Assembly (NCBI GenBank): GCA_045543015.1
Contig: JAZQLY010000002.1
Location: forward strand, 17,382-81,381
Origin: Eubacteriales bacterium
GTDB lineage: Bacteria; Bacillota; Clostridia; Oscillospirales; CAG-272
Reading direction: 5' to 3'
DNA: 64,000 bases
Shown here: piece after piece, positions 46,540 through 56,298 of the stretch
Position numbering within the stretch: position 1 is the stretch's first letter
Layout: every line of letters starts with the position of its first letter
The notes under the pieces: generated by a model
Told to the model about the DNA's origin: nothing
The model's database searches: none
What the model saw: the letters and a program-made list of their open reading frames with translations, nothing else
Program-made: the position numbers and the translations under genes

Positions 46540-48671
46540 TTTCTCCCTTGATTTGCAAAATCAAAAACTACCTTGCCGTCCTCCAGTCGCAGTGCGGCAT
46601 CAAACAGTCGCCCCGCCTTGCTGACAAAGCCCTCGATCTTTGCACTCTTTCCGTTTTCAAGAAGGCAGCGCATATTCCCGGGGGATATAACGCGGTTGCA
46701 GATAGTCATATTGACCGAAAAACGGCAGCCCTTTTCTTTATAGGCGCTGCAGCCATAGCCAAACGTCGTGCGCCGTACCTCGCTCCCGCAAAGCGGGCAA
46801 GCCCCAACAGCCTCGCCAAAGAGACCGATATCGGTATCCTTTTCTAACGGCATCTGCGCGGTGTGAAAAACGGCCGCAATCTCTGCTTCTGCCATTTTCA
46901 CGCTTTCCTTTACGGTCATCTCCCCGCGGTATACCTTTTTCAAAGCCCTGCCAAGCTCAGAGGTTTTATATTTATCCATGCTGATGCCAAGGCGCATGAT
47001 CGATTCGATCAAGAACGCACCGCCCGGCAGCAGCTTGTAAACATCCTTTTCCAGCTTGATGTACTCGCTTTTTCTGGCATTGTCGATAATGCCGGTCCTC
47101 GTTGCTTCCGTTCCCAACTCAAGGCCCTCAAAAATGGCGCGGTAGTCCTCCTCGTCATTTTCAGGAGTTCCCTCGTTCTCCTTTGCTTCCGCCGCTGCAG
47201 CAGCCTTGTCATCCTTGAAGGGGTTTTTCAAATAATTGTTCAGCGTCTCTATCGTATAATGGCGCGGCGGCGTGGTCTGCTTTTCAACAGGCTTAAAATC
47301 CACCTCTACCTTATCTCCCTTTTCCAAGGCAGGCAGCACCTTATCCTTGACAGCAGCTTCCTCATATTTCGTCCATCCCTTTTCCAGGATCACCGTTCCC
47401 TTGAGGGTGAATTCCTCCCATTTGTCCACGTTGATCTTGATCTCTGACCGCACACAAACGCACGGCTCCGAACAGAAGACGGCAACAAAACGGCGAAAGA
47501 CCGTAGAATAAACGAGCTGCTCCTTTTCCGTCAGCTTATCCTTGGCCGGAATTCGATAGGTCGGTGTGAGGGCAGAATGCGACTCGATCTTGCTGTCATC
47601 GAAGATGGTCTTTCCATCCTTGAACGCAACCGGATAACCGAGCTTGGCTACGTTTGCAAGAATATCCCTGATCTTGCCCTTTTCCGCCGTAGCAAGATAC
47701 TCGGAATTCGTACGGGGATAGGTGAGATACCCGTCCTCGTACAGCTTTTGAACGATCTCCAGGCTCTCCTGCATCGACATCTTATATTTTTTACCAAGCA
47801 GGTTTTGCAGCTTGGTCAAGGAAAACAGCTTGCCCGGCGCCAAGGAATCCTTTTTGTTTTTGACCGAGGTTACCGTGGCACCGATGGAATTATAAAAGGC
47901 TGCTGCCTTTTCCGCACGCGCTGCCTGCTCCTTGGGAAAGCGCAGCTTGCTGTTCAGCTCTATCATCTCGCCCTTTGTTTCTGCACGGCTGGCAATCGAA
48001 TAATAGGTCTGCGGAACAAAGTTTTCAATCGCCTTATCGCGGTCATAGATTGCCTTCACGATCGGCACGATCACGCGGCCAACACGCAAAAGGCTGCCCG
48101 TCTTCAGCGTTGCATAACGGGTGAGATTAACGCCGTACAGCCAGTCGATATAGGTCCGCGCAAAGCCCTCAGATGCCAGATTCTCATATTCTGTCTCCGG
48201 GTGCATGTCCGCTGCTGCCGCACGCACCGTCTCCGGCGTTTGATCAGGCAGCCAAAGGCGAAAAAGCGGCTTCTCCTCGTGCAGCGCGTGGGAAATACAC
48301 AGGCGAACGATGATCTCCCCTTCCCGGTCGGCATCTCCCGCGTTGACGATCGCATCCACATCTGAACGGTTGCACAGCTGTTCAATCACGGCAAACTGGC
48401 GTTCTACACCGGCATCCACCTTCTTATCTTCCGCCCGGCGCAAGCAAAACCGAAACTCCTCCGGGAAGCACGGAATATTGTCCATCGACCAGCGACCGCG
48501 CTCGTTCCCTGGCTGATATTCCTCAATATCCGCAAGCGAAAACAAATGTCCAAAAGCCCACGTGACCAAGTACCCATTCCCCTCCAGGTACCCTTCTCTT
48601 TTGGCGGTAACACCAAGTGCGGCCGCGATATTGCGTGCCAGGCTCGGCTTTTCGGCTATGATCAATTTCAC
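46536..48671 (-). CDS. topB: DNA topoisomerase III (type IA)
   Basis: N-terminal TOPRIM KLIIAEKPS, DREGE, active-site region YPRTNSEY, C-terminal Zn-ribbon Cys clusters. GTG start. Confidence 0.9.
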   Translation of the reverse strand: MKLIIAEKPSLARNIAAALGVTAKREGYLEGNGYLVTWAFGHLFSLADIEEYQPGNERGRWSMDNIPCFPEEFRFCLRRAEDKKVDAGVERQFAVIEQLCNRSDVDAIVNAGDADREGEIIVRLCISHALHEEKPLFRLWLPDQTPETVRAAAADMHPETEYENLASEGFARTYIDWLYGVNLTRYATLKTGSLLRVGRVIVPIVKAIYDRDKAIENFVPQTYYSIASRAETKGEMIELNSKLRFPKEQAARAEKAAAFYNSIGATVTSVKNKKDSLAPGKLFSLTKLQNLLGKKYKMSMQESLEIVQKLYEDGYLTYPRTNSEYLATAEKGKIRDILANVAKLGYPVAFKDGKTIFDDSKIESHSALTPTYRIPAKDKLTEKEQLVYSTVFRRFVAVFCSEPCVCVRSEIKINVDKWEEFTLKGTVILEKGWTKYEEAAVKDKVLPALEKGDKVEVDFKPVEKQTTPPRHYTIETLNNYLKNPFKDDKAAAAAEAKENEGTPENDEEDYRAIFEGLELGTEATRTGIIDNARKSEYIKLEKDVYKLLPGGAFLIESIMRLGISMDKYKTSELGRALKKVYRGEMTVKESVKMAEAEIAAVFHTAQMPLEKDTDIGLFGEAVGACPLCGSEVRRTTFGYGCSAYKEKGCRFSVNMTICNRVISPGNMRCLLENGKSAKIEGFVSKAGRLFDAALRLEDGKVVFDFANQGRK

Positions 48672-48740
48672 GGTCTCACCTCGCTTCTGTAAAGAAAAAA
48701 GAAAACGGGAACTGCCGTTTCCTTTTTTCGCTTTGATCGT

Positions 48741-50021
48741 TTAATGGTTGTTGGTTTTTCCGGGCACGCTGATCTGATCGATCGTTGTCACATCCGAATG
48801 CTTGATCTGTTTCCATTTTACTTTGACAAAAACAGCAACGATGTTGATCGGAATACCGGTCATCACAAACAACGGGAAAGTAAAAATATAAAGGATCTTT
48901 TTACCGCAGCTGCCGTTGACCTTTTTCCATTCCGTGATCATGGTTAACAAGCCGAGGAAGAAATTCACGCCGTACACGCTTAACAGATAAAGGAGTAAGG
49001 AAGTCAGAAAATGCGTGATACCGTAGCCTTCTACAAAGAATAGTGAATAGACCATCGTGACCGCCGAAATCGCACCAAAGAAAGCCAAGATAATATTAGG
49101 CATGGTCGATACGATCTCATCAAAGCAGGAGAATCCGCAACGCTTGGTAAACACACCGCGCAAAACGCTGCCGCCACGCTTGAAAAAGGCCTGCAAAAAG
49201 CCCTTTGTCCAGCGGATACGTTGGTTCCAGGATTGACGGAATCTCGTCGGCTGCTCGTCATAAAAGATCGCATCATGACAATAGCCGATCCGGTCGCCCT
49301 TAGAAATGCGATCCATCGTGAATTCCAGGTCCTCTGTCAAGGTATAATAGGGCCACCCGTCATTTTCATTGATAATATCACGGTGTACAAGGAACCCGGT
49401 GCCGGAGATGGCACAGCTGCTATGTAAGATCATGCGGGCATTGTTCATATGCCGCGCCTCGCGCAAAAACATGATGCCATACCCTGCCGTTACCCAGTTG
49501 TGACAGAAGTTCTTGGAATTGCGGTAGCTGGTAACGATGCGATAACCGTTTGAAAAGACGGTATTCATATTGCTGATATAGTCAGGGGCAAGCAGATTGT
49601 CTGCATCAAACACAAAAAAACCGTCATAATACTCACGCCCTTTGTCAGCGCGAACGCGGCCAAGCAGCTCATGCAAGGCATACCCTTTGCCGATCTTTTC
49701 CAGATCATGCCGCTCATAAACAACCGCGCCAGCCGATGCCGCAACAGATGCCGTGTCATCAGTGCAGTTATCGGCCAACAGGTAGATATCTACCAGCTCT
49801 GCAGGATAGTCCTGCTTTTTGATACTGTCGATCAGCTGCGCGATCACGTTTTCTTCATTTCTCGCGCAGATCAGAACCGCATAGCGATGCATCTCGCCAG
49901 CCGCAAAGCGCCGAGACGGGAAAAGCACGGAAACTAAAATATATATATACTGATACGCCGAGAGGGCGCAAAACAAAAGCACGATGACAGAATTCAGATT
50001 GGTAATCAGTTCAGCATCCAT
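48741..50021 (-). CDS. Membrane-embedded family-2 glycosyltransferase (processive, QxxRW type)
   Basis: DNCTDDT and FDADN (DxD) motifs, QRIRW motif, N- and C-terminal TM segments. Confidence 0.8.
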   Translation of the reverse strand: MDAELITNLNSVIVLLFCALSAYQYIYILVSVLFPSRRFAAGEMHRYAVLICARNEENVIAQLIDSIKKQDYPAELVDIYLLADNCTDDTASVAASAGAVVYERHDLEKIGKGYALHELLGRVRADKGREYYDGFFVFDADNLLAPDYISNMNTVFSNGYRIVTSYRNSKNFCHNWVTAGYGIMFLREARHMNNARMILHSSCAISGTGFLVHRDIINENDGWPYYTLTEDLEFTMDRISKGDRIGYCHDAIFYDEQPTRFRQSWNQRIRWTKGFLQAFFKRGGSVLRGVFTKRCGFSCFDEIVSTMPNIILAFFGAISAVTMVYSLFFVEGYGITHFLTSLLLYLLSVYGVNFFLGLLTMITEWKKVNGSCGKKILYIFTFPLFVMTGIPINIVAVFVKVKWKQIKHSDVTTIDQISVPGKTNNH

Positions 50022-50119
50022 ATCCCGGCCTCCTTATCATGATTACTCAACAAATTAATTATACCACACACGCAACGGAATGTCAAGACAAAAACCTATC
50101 AAGACAAACGATATTTTAC

Positions 50120-50148
50120 TTGACAAATGCAAGAAATGCGACTATAAT
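50120..50148 (+). promoter_or_regulatory. Consensus SigA promoter of the small lipoprotein gene
   Basis: TTGACA (50120-25), 17-nt spacer, TATAAT (50143-48). Confidence 0.75.
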
Positions 50149-50175
50149 AAGAGTAACTGCCCGGAGGGATATGGT

Positions 50176-50589
50176 ATGAAAAAACAAGCTTTGGTATTGA
50201 TTTTTGTTGTCTGCCTTGTGTTATCTTCAGTTTCTTGCTCGTCTGGCGAGAATACACATATTCGTTTCTCGATCCGTGCAGATGCCAAAACCGTAGACGG
50301 GATAGAATTACCTGCTATTGATCATGATATTTCTTTTCCCAAATCGGCCGTAGAAAAGAAAACCGTGCTGTTTGCCATCCTCTACGCGTGCGATACGCTT
50401 GGCTACGAATATGAGCGTGAAGGAAAATACCACGAGATCCTTGCCTCGGTTGCTGGCAGAAGGAACCTGCCGGATCACGCGTGGATCATTCAAGCATCCG
50501 ACATAAACGGCAACCCCCTTACAGCAACGACCGACACAGAGATCGGTGAGATCGCCTATCTCACCATTACCTATCAGGCAACGGCATAA
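50176..50589 (+). CDS. Small lipoprotein, function unknown (possibly DUF4430-like)
   Basis: MKKQALVLIFVVCLVLSSVSC lipobox; GGAGGG SD. Confidence 0.65.
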   Translation: MKKQALVLIFVVCLVLSSVSCSSGENTHIRFSIRADAKTVDGIELPAIDHDISFPKSAVEKKTVLFAILYACDTLGYEYEREGKYHEILASVAGRRNLPDHAWIIQASDINGNPLTATTDTEIGEIAYLTITYQATA

Positions 50590-50609
50590 AAGAACGATAT
50601 TTTACGAAA

Positions 50610-50792
50610 GAAAAGAGGTGGGGCAAATGAGTTGCGACAGTACCGGCGGTGTGATGCCTGTTCCGCGATGTAAATGCACAAATATGGAGCAAGCTGGCGC
50701 ATCTGTTTGCTCTGCTTTGCTTTTTGTCCCATTTATTTAGCCCGAGCAGCATTGCATCCTTTTTTACATAACAACAAAGAAGGAGAAAAGCA
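50610..50792 (+). promoter_or_regulatory. Structured mgtE leader (possible divergent M-box and/or leader-peptide attenuator)
   Basis: About 180-nt leader with an AGGTGGGGC element resembling the M-box AGGTGAGGC, and a terminator-like hairpin (50686-50725) with a U-rich tail. Other M-box blocks were not recognised. Confidence 0.35.
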
Positions 50793-52178
50793 ATGGAAGA
50801 AATGATGAACCTGACCGATACGGTCAAGAATATGATCGCAGAAAAGCATTTTTCTGCGCTGCGTGCCAAGCTTTGCGAATGTTACCCTGTCGATATTGCC
50901 GAGGCCTTTGCAGAACTTACGGAGGAGGCGCTCCCTGTTGCCTACCGACTCTTGCCCAAGGAATTGGCGGCAGAGGTCTTCGTAGACATGGCCCCCGAGC
51001 AGCAAAAGCTGCTGATCAGCATTTTCAGCGACTTTGAATTGAAGCAGATCTTGGAGGAGCTGTACGTTGACGATACGGTAGACCTGATCGAGGAGATGCC
51101 CGCCAACGTTGTGAGCCGTATTTTGCAAAACTCCTCCTCGGCACAGCGAAAGACCATTAACGAGCTGCTGCAGTATTCGGATGACAGCGCCGGCAGCCTG
51201 ATGACCACCGAATATGTGAACCTGAAGCCCGAGATGACGGTAGAAGAGGCCATGGTGTATATACGCTGTGTCGCCATCGACCGCGAAACGATCTACACAT
51301 GCTATGTCACAAGTCCCGGCAGAAAGCTGGTCGGCATTGTTTCAGCCAAAGACCTCATGATATCCCCGCTTTCGACAAAAATAGAGGATATCATGGAGCA
51401 GAACGTCATTTTTGCCCACACAAACACCGACAAGGGCGAGGTTGCCAATATGTTTGGCAAGTACGACTTTTTGGCCCTCCCCGTAGTAGATACCGAGAAC
51501 CGCATGGTTGGTATTATTACGGTTGACGATGCTATCGACGTCATCAAGGAAGAGGCTGAAGAAGACTTCGCAACCATGGCGGCTATCACCCCGTCAGAAA
51601 CTCCCTACTTACGCACGTCTGCCTTCACGATCTGGAAGGCGCGTATCCCTTGGCTGATCCTGCTGACGCTTTCCGCCACCTTCACCGGCATGATCATCTC
51701 CTCCTTTGAGGTTGCACTGAGTGCATGCGTTGCGCTGACCGCCTTTATCCCCATGCTGATGGGTACGGGCGGTAATTCCGGTAGCCAATCGTCGGTTACG
51801 ATCATTCGCGGTCTTTCCATGGGAGAGATACGCTTTTCTGATGTTCTGCGCGTTGTCTGGAAAGAGGTCCGCGTTTCTCTGCTTTGTGCTGTAACGCTTG
51901 CTGCCGTGACTTATCTCAAGATATTCCTGGTTGATTATCTGCTTTTACACGCACTTGAGCCGGGAGAAATGTTGACCGTTCCTCTTGTTGTATGTCTGAC
52001 CATGGCCGTAACGGTCGTTTGCGCCAAGCTGATCGGCTGCATCCTGCCCATTCTTGCCAAGAAGATCGGCTTCGACCCGGCAGTTATGGCTGCCCCGTTT
52101 ATCACCACCATCGTAGATGCCCTTTCACTGATCGTATATTTTGCCATCGCAACTGCTATTATTCCGGGGTTGAAATGA
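50793..52178 (+). CDS. mgtE: Magnesium transporter MgtE
   Basis: N domain, tandem CBS domains and TM domain with MLMGTGGNSGSQS. Confidence 0.95.
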   Translation: MEEMMNLTDTVKNMIAEKHFSALRAKLCECYPVDIAEAFAELTEEALPVAYRLLPKELAAEVFVDMAPEQQKLLISIFSDFELKQILEELYVDDTVDLIEEMPANVVSRILQNSSSAQRKTINELLQYSDDSAGSLMTTEYVNLKPEMTVEEAMVYIRCVAIDRETIYTCYVTSPGRKLVGIVSAKDLMISPLSTKIEDIMEQNVIFAHTNTDKGEVANMFGKYDFLALPVVDTENRMVGIITVDDAIDVIKEEAEEDFATMAAITPSETPYLRTSAFTIWKARIPWLILLTLSATFTGMIISSFEVALSACVALTAFIPMLMGTGGNSGSQSSVTIIRGLSMGEIRFSDVLRVVWKEVRVSLLCAVTLAAVTYLKIFLVDYLLLHALEPGEMLTVPLVVCLTMAVTVVCAKLIGCILPILAKKIGFDPAVMAAPFITTIVDALSLIVYFAIATAIIPGLK

Positions 52179-52189
52179 AAAACGACCAT

Positions 52190-52220
52190 AAAAAATGCTC
52201 GCTTTCGCGAGCATTTTTTA
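52190..52220. terminator. Bidirectional intrinsic terminator (mgtE / recR)
   Basis: ATGCTCGC/GCGAGCAT stem with flanking A6/T6. Confidence 0.85.
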
Positions 52221-52817
52221 TATGGGACGCCGTCCCTCCAGGGCGCGGTGAAGCGTTACTTCATCGGCATATTCCAGATCTCCGCCAACGGGAATACCGT
52301 ACGCCAAGCGACTAACGGTAATGTTCATTGGCTTGAGAAGGCGAGAAAGATACATAGCCGTTGCCTCCCCCTCTACGGTGGGGTTGGTCGCCACGATCAC
52401 CTCCTGCACCTCCGTATCAGACAGGCGCGCAAGCAATTCGCGGATATGCAGCCGCTCCGGCCCGATGCCGTTCATGGGAGAGAGCGCACCGCCCAGCACG
52501 TGATATGTACCGCGATAATCGTGTACACGCTCCAGCGCCAATACCGCCTTTGCATCCTCCACCACGCAGATCACGCTGTGATCACGCTGCTCATCCGCAC
52601 AGATATCGCACAGGTCATCGGTAGAAATATTGCAGCAGGAGCGGCAAAGATGAATATCCTGCTTGGCACGCAAAATCGCCGTAGCAAACGCGGCTGCCTC
52701 CTCCTCTGTAAACTCCATGACAGAAAACGCCAAGCGAACGGCCGTTTTGGAGCCGATGCCCGGCAAACGGCGAAACTGATCTACCAGATCCTGCAGGGGG
52801 GCAACAAAATCCGCCAT
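52218..52817 (-). CDS. recR: Recombination protein RecR
   Basis: LPGIGSKTA HhH motif, C4 zinc finger (CRSCCN..CDIC), Toprim domain. Confidence 0.95.
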   Translation of the reverse strand: MADFVAPLQDLVDQFRRLPGIGSKTAVRLAFSVMEFTEEEAAAFATAILRAKQDIHLCRSCCNISTDDLCDICADEQRDHSVICVVEDAKAVLALERVHDYRGTYHVLGGALSPMNGIGPERLHIRELLARLSDTEVQEVIVATNPTVEGEATAMYLSRLLKPMNITVSRLAYGIPVGGDLEYADEVTLHRALEGRRPI

Positions 52818-52818
52818 C

Positions 52819-53169
52819 TCAGAACATCCCCGGCATGCCCGGAATGCTCATCTGCCCGGTTATTTTTGCCATTTCCTCGTTTGCAGTCTCCTCAACCTTG
52901 CGAATAGCCTCGTTGACAGCAGCCAAAATGATATCGGTCATCGTTTCAATATCATCCGGGTCTACGATATCCGGCTTCACATCCATAGAAAGGATCTCTT
53001 TCTTGCCGTTAATACATACGGTAACCATACCGCCGCCGGCAGAGACCTCGTACGTTGCAGCCTCCAGCTCTGCCTGCTTGGCTGCCATATCCTCCTGCAT
53101 TTTCTGTGCCTGCTTCAGCATGCCTGCCATGCCCGCAGGGCCGCCGCTTTGGGGAATTCTAACCTTCAT
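52819..53169 (-). CDS. ybaB: Nucleoid-associated protein YbaB/EbfC
   Basis: MLKQAQKMQEDM..SAGGGMVTV pattern. The ATG at 53169 has an AAAGGAGAA SD; earlier in-frame starts are less likely. Confidence 0.9.
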   Translation of the reverse strand: MKVRIPQSGGPAGMAGMLKQAQKMQEDMAAKQAELEAATYEVSAGGGMVTVCINGKKEILSMDVKPDIVDPDDIETMTDIILAAVNEAIRKVEETANEEMAKITGQMSIPGMPGMF

Positions 53170-53192
53170 ATTTCTTCTCCTTTTTACCGCCA

Positions 53193-54797
53193 TCAAGGCA
53201 TTTCTGTGCCGATCGCCTCGGCAATTTCATCAACCAGATTATATTTGGCAGCGTTCTCTGCCCCTTCGATCAACAGTGTGCATGCCGAAATATCCCGTTC
53301 TTCTTCCTCTGCGATCGCAATTTTCAAAGCCGACTCGGTCTCCGGTCGCTTTAACATCCGTGCGCAAAAATCACTGCTCACGCGCAACAGGTAGGTCATA
53401 CCGTCTGTTGAGCGGTAGGCCTTTGCCGTATCCAAAAAGCCGTGCAGACTAGGGCGCGTTTTAGAAACCTTTTCTACGATCTCGCTCCAGCCGGCGATCT
53501 GCCGATAAACAGGAGCCTCGTTTTCCGTGCTTTTTTCAGAAACCGGCGCAGATGCAGGGTTTTGCGGTTCTGCTTTGGTTTTTGTATCGGTTTTATCGTT
53601 TGCTTCCTGTGCGGCGGTGGGCCCTACATTCGTGACTCCGCCATACTGAAGGCGGGAAAGCTTTTCCTCTAACGCCTCGATACGGGCAAGCAGGCTTTCC
53701 GGCGAGGTAGCCAGCTTCGGCTCACACATTCTTGTAAGCGTTAATTCCAAAATCGTTCTGCGGGGCGCATCCGACCGCTGCATATCCGTAAGTGCTTGCT
53801 CCAGCAGGCTACTGTGATACAAAAGCATCGCCTGGCCAAATTCACCGGCCAGTTGATGCAGTCGCTCCATTTCCACGTCTGTCAGATCGAGATAGGTTTG
53901 CGCATCCTTGCTGGTCTTCACCACCAAAAGATCGCGATAACAATCAATTAAATCGCGGCAGAGCGTCATTAGGTCGCGCGAGGACATAGCTTCCTCTGCC
54001 ACGATCCCATAAAGTGCAGCATAATCACGGGTGCCGATCGCATGCACCAGCTTTTCTACCGTTGCGCGGTTGCCGGCACCAAGCACCTCTGTCACGAGCG
54101 TTGCATCGATCGTGCGGTTCATGCCTGCGCAAAGCTCTAACAGGCTGATCGCATCACGCATGCCGCCAAGAGCCATACGTGCCAGCAGGCGCGCGCCATC
54201 CTCGTGCAGGTCAATTCCCTCCTCTGCCGATATTTTGGCAAGGCGATCAACGATCACCCCAGAGGAAAGCCGGCGAAAATCAAAACGCTGGCAGCGTGAA
54301 ATAATGGTGCTGGGGAGCTTTTGCAGCTCTGTAGTCGCCAAAATGAAGACAACGTGCGCCGGCGGCTCTTCCAGCGTTTTTAGCAACGCATTGAACGCGC
54401 TGCCCGACATCATATGCACCTCGTCGATGATATAAACGCGGTAGCGCAGCTCTGCCGGTAAAAAGACGATCTCGTCCTTGATATCACGCACGTTATCAAC
54501 GCCGGTATTGCTGGCTGCGTCCATCTCTATCACGTCGGTAGCGATGCCCGCATCCACCGCGCGGCAGGCCGCACATTGGTTGCAGGGGTTGCCGTTTTGC
54601 GGGTTCTCACAGTTCACTGCCTTGGCAAGGATCTTGGCACAGGTCGTTTTGCCCGTACCGCGTGAGCCGCAAAAAAGGTAAGCATGAGAGGTCTTGTTGT
54701 TTTGCACCTCATATTTCAAGATATCGGTAACCTGCTCTTGCCCGCAAACATCATCAAAATCACGCGGGCGCCACTTTCTGTATAAAGCGCGATACAT
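53193..54797 (-). CDS. dnaX: DNA polymerase III subunit gamma/tau
   Basis: GSRGTGKTT Walker A, zinc module CNQCAAC, and DEVHM. Confidence 0.95.
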   Translation of the reverse strand: MYRALYRKWRPRDFDDVCGQEQVTDILKYEVQNNKTSHAYLFCGSRGTGKTTCAKILAKAVNCENPQNGNPCNQCAACRAVDAGIATDVIEMDAASNTGVDNVRDIKDEIVFLPAELRYRVYIIDEVHMMSGSAFNALLKTLEEPPAHVVFILATTELQKLPSTIISRCQRFDFRRLSSGVIVDRLAKISAEEGIDLHEDGARLLARMALGGMRDAISLLELCAGMNRTIDATLVTEVLGAGNRATVEKLVHAIGTRDYAALYGIVAEEAMSSRDLMTLCRDLIDCYRDLLVVKTSKDAQTYLDLTDVEMERLHQLAGEFGQAMLLYHSSLLEQALTDMQRSDAPRRTILELTLTRMCEPKLATSPESLLARIEALEEKLSRLQYGGVTNVGPTAAQEANDKTDTKTKAEPQNPASAPVSEKSTENEAPVYRQIAGWSEIVEKVSKTRPSLHGFLDTAKAYRSTDGMTYLLRVSSDFCARMLKRPETESALKIAIAEEEERDISACTLLIEGAENAAKYNLVDEIAEAIGTEMP

Positions 54798-54820
54798 GCC
54801 GTCCTCCCCTTCATATGTAT

Positions 54821-54869
54821 AAAAAAGCGGATCGCAAAACGGGCGATGCCCTGTGCGTACCCGCTTTTT
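54821..54869 (-). terminator. Terminator-like hairpin after SRP RNA
   Basis: AAAAAGCGG..CCGCTTTTT outer stem with an inner GGGCGATGCCC hairpin. Confidence 0.6.
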
Positions 54870-55188
54870 ATATTACCGAATGCCGGATAAGACCATACAC
54901 CGTAAGATCGAACAAACGACCAACCCCGTTGACCGTTCCATTCGCTCGGAACAGGCACCCCTACGGCACATTCGAACTTCCGCTTAATGCTGCTTGGTTC
55001 CCCACCTGACATGGTTCACGGCATCAAATTGCGTAAGACCCATTCTTCAACGCGTCTGAAAACGGCACAGACAAGCCGACCGATGCCCTCAAAAACGGAA
55101 TTCACCCCTGCTACAGCGGATTTCAGGTACAAGGACCCGCTACTCCCCCGGTTAGTATGGCCTCATCCGGCACCCGGTAATAAACTAT
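54870..55188 (-). ncRNA. ffs: Signal recognition particle RNA, long Bacillus type (ends approximate)
   Basis: The minus strand contains GTCAGGTGGGGAACCAAGCAGC (helix-8 GGAA tetraloop region; compare E. coli GUCAGGUCCGGAAGGAAGCAGC). It also has an Alu-like 5' CCGGGTGCCGG that pairs with the 3' CCGGCATTCGG. Conserved position upstream of dnaX. Confidence 0.85.
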
Positions 55189-55193
55189 TATAT

Positions 55194-55222
55194 ATTATAC
55201 CAAACAATTCAAGCTTTTGCAA
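55194..55222 (-). promoter_or_regulatory. SigA promoter of SRP RNA
   Basis: Minus strand reads TTGCAA (55222-17), 17-nt spacer, TATAAT (55199-94). Confidence 0.75.
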
Positions 55223-55241
55223 GTACAAAGTGTAAATTTTC

Positions 55242-56165
55242 CTAACATTTATTTTTGTTCTTGTAAGCTTTTGGTGTCAGCCCCGTTTTTTTCTTAAAAA
55301 GCCTGTAAAAATATTCCACGCTGTCATACCCCAAAGCACGCGCAATATCCTCTGCGGTCATTTCAGTGCTTTCCAGCATAGAACAGGCGCGGCCGATCTT
55401 CATATCCATGAGGGTCCGATTAAAGCTTTTTCCCGTGCTCTTTAAAAACAGGCGGCAAATATGCGTTTTGGAATAAAAATACCGCTCTGCCATGCTGTCA
55501 AGATCGACCGTTGCACAGTTTTCGGCAATGTAGCTGAGCATATCGATCATGATGTGTGAGCTTTTCCCCCTACCGCAAGAAAGCGTTGCGCTATGCTGCG
55601 CCTCACAGAGCCTGCCAAGAAGTTCCAGCGCTGTCGATTCCAAAAGCAGATATCTCCATGCCGATCCGGACTGTGAGTAACCGATCAGCTTTGTTGCTGC
55701 ATCTGTCCATGATCCGTCCTCCTTTGCATTGGTACAAACAACGTATTTGTAAAAATTCTCACGCCCCGCCTCGTTCAAAAAGGCAAAAACCGCACCGCCT
55801 TGCGGCAGCATGGATGCAAGCTCGGAAAGCAGCCATTGCTCATCGATCAGAATATTGTAAACGACCGCATCGGCCTCTGCATACAGATCGTGAAAGGCAC
55901 CGGGATGCATGATGATAACATCCCCCTCTCCCATGAGAACGTAGTCATCCTCTACCAGGTTGATACACTTGCCCCTTTGCACGTAATTGATCTCAAAGAA
56001 ATCATGCGTATGATACCGCCCGATATGCCCCGGTACATGTCGGCATACAGATACCCGTTGGTGCTTGTGATCCTTATATTCCGCCATCGAAATAACGTCA
56101 GACGACGTATGTCTTTGAGATTGCAGTTCTTTTTTGATCTGATCAAGATTCGTTTTGTTCTCCAT
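55242..56165 (-). CDS. AraC-family transcriptional regulator (cupin plus HTH)
   Basis: C-terminal AraC HTH (IARALGYDSVEYFYRLFKKKTG). ATG at 56165 lies 9 nt after GAGGTGA. Confidence 0.85.
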   Translation of the reverse strand: MENKTNLDQIKKELQSQRHTSSDVISMAEYKDHKHQRVSVCRHVPGHIGRYHTHDFFEINYVQRGKCINLVEDDYVLMGEGDVIIMHPGAFHDLYAEADAVVYNILIDEQWLLSELASMLPQGGAVFAFLNEAGRENFYKYVVCTNAKEDGSWTDAATKLIGYSQSGSAWRYLLLESTALELLGRLCEAQHSATLSCGRGKSSHIMIDMLSYIAENCATVDLDSMAERYFYSKTHICRLFLKSTGKSFNRTLMDMKIGRACSMLESTEMTAEDIARALGYDSVEYFYRLFKKKTGLTPKAYKNKNKC

Positions 56166-56298
56166 CAACACATCACCTCGCCATTATCCTATCACATATG
56201 TTGATAAAAGTCAATCATCCAGCAGAAAAATCATTACAATCTTCTGCGATATGATGTAAAATAAGGTTGATTTCTAAATTTGCAAGGAGGAGCAAGTG

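Noticed and set aside
54716-55235. Short ORFs (98, 64 and 82 aa) upstream of dnaX
   Set aside because: The region is the SRP RNA gene, with the helix-8 motif, a promoter, a terminator, and the conserved position before dnaX.
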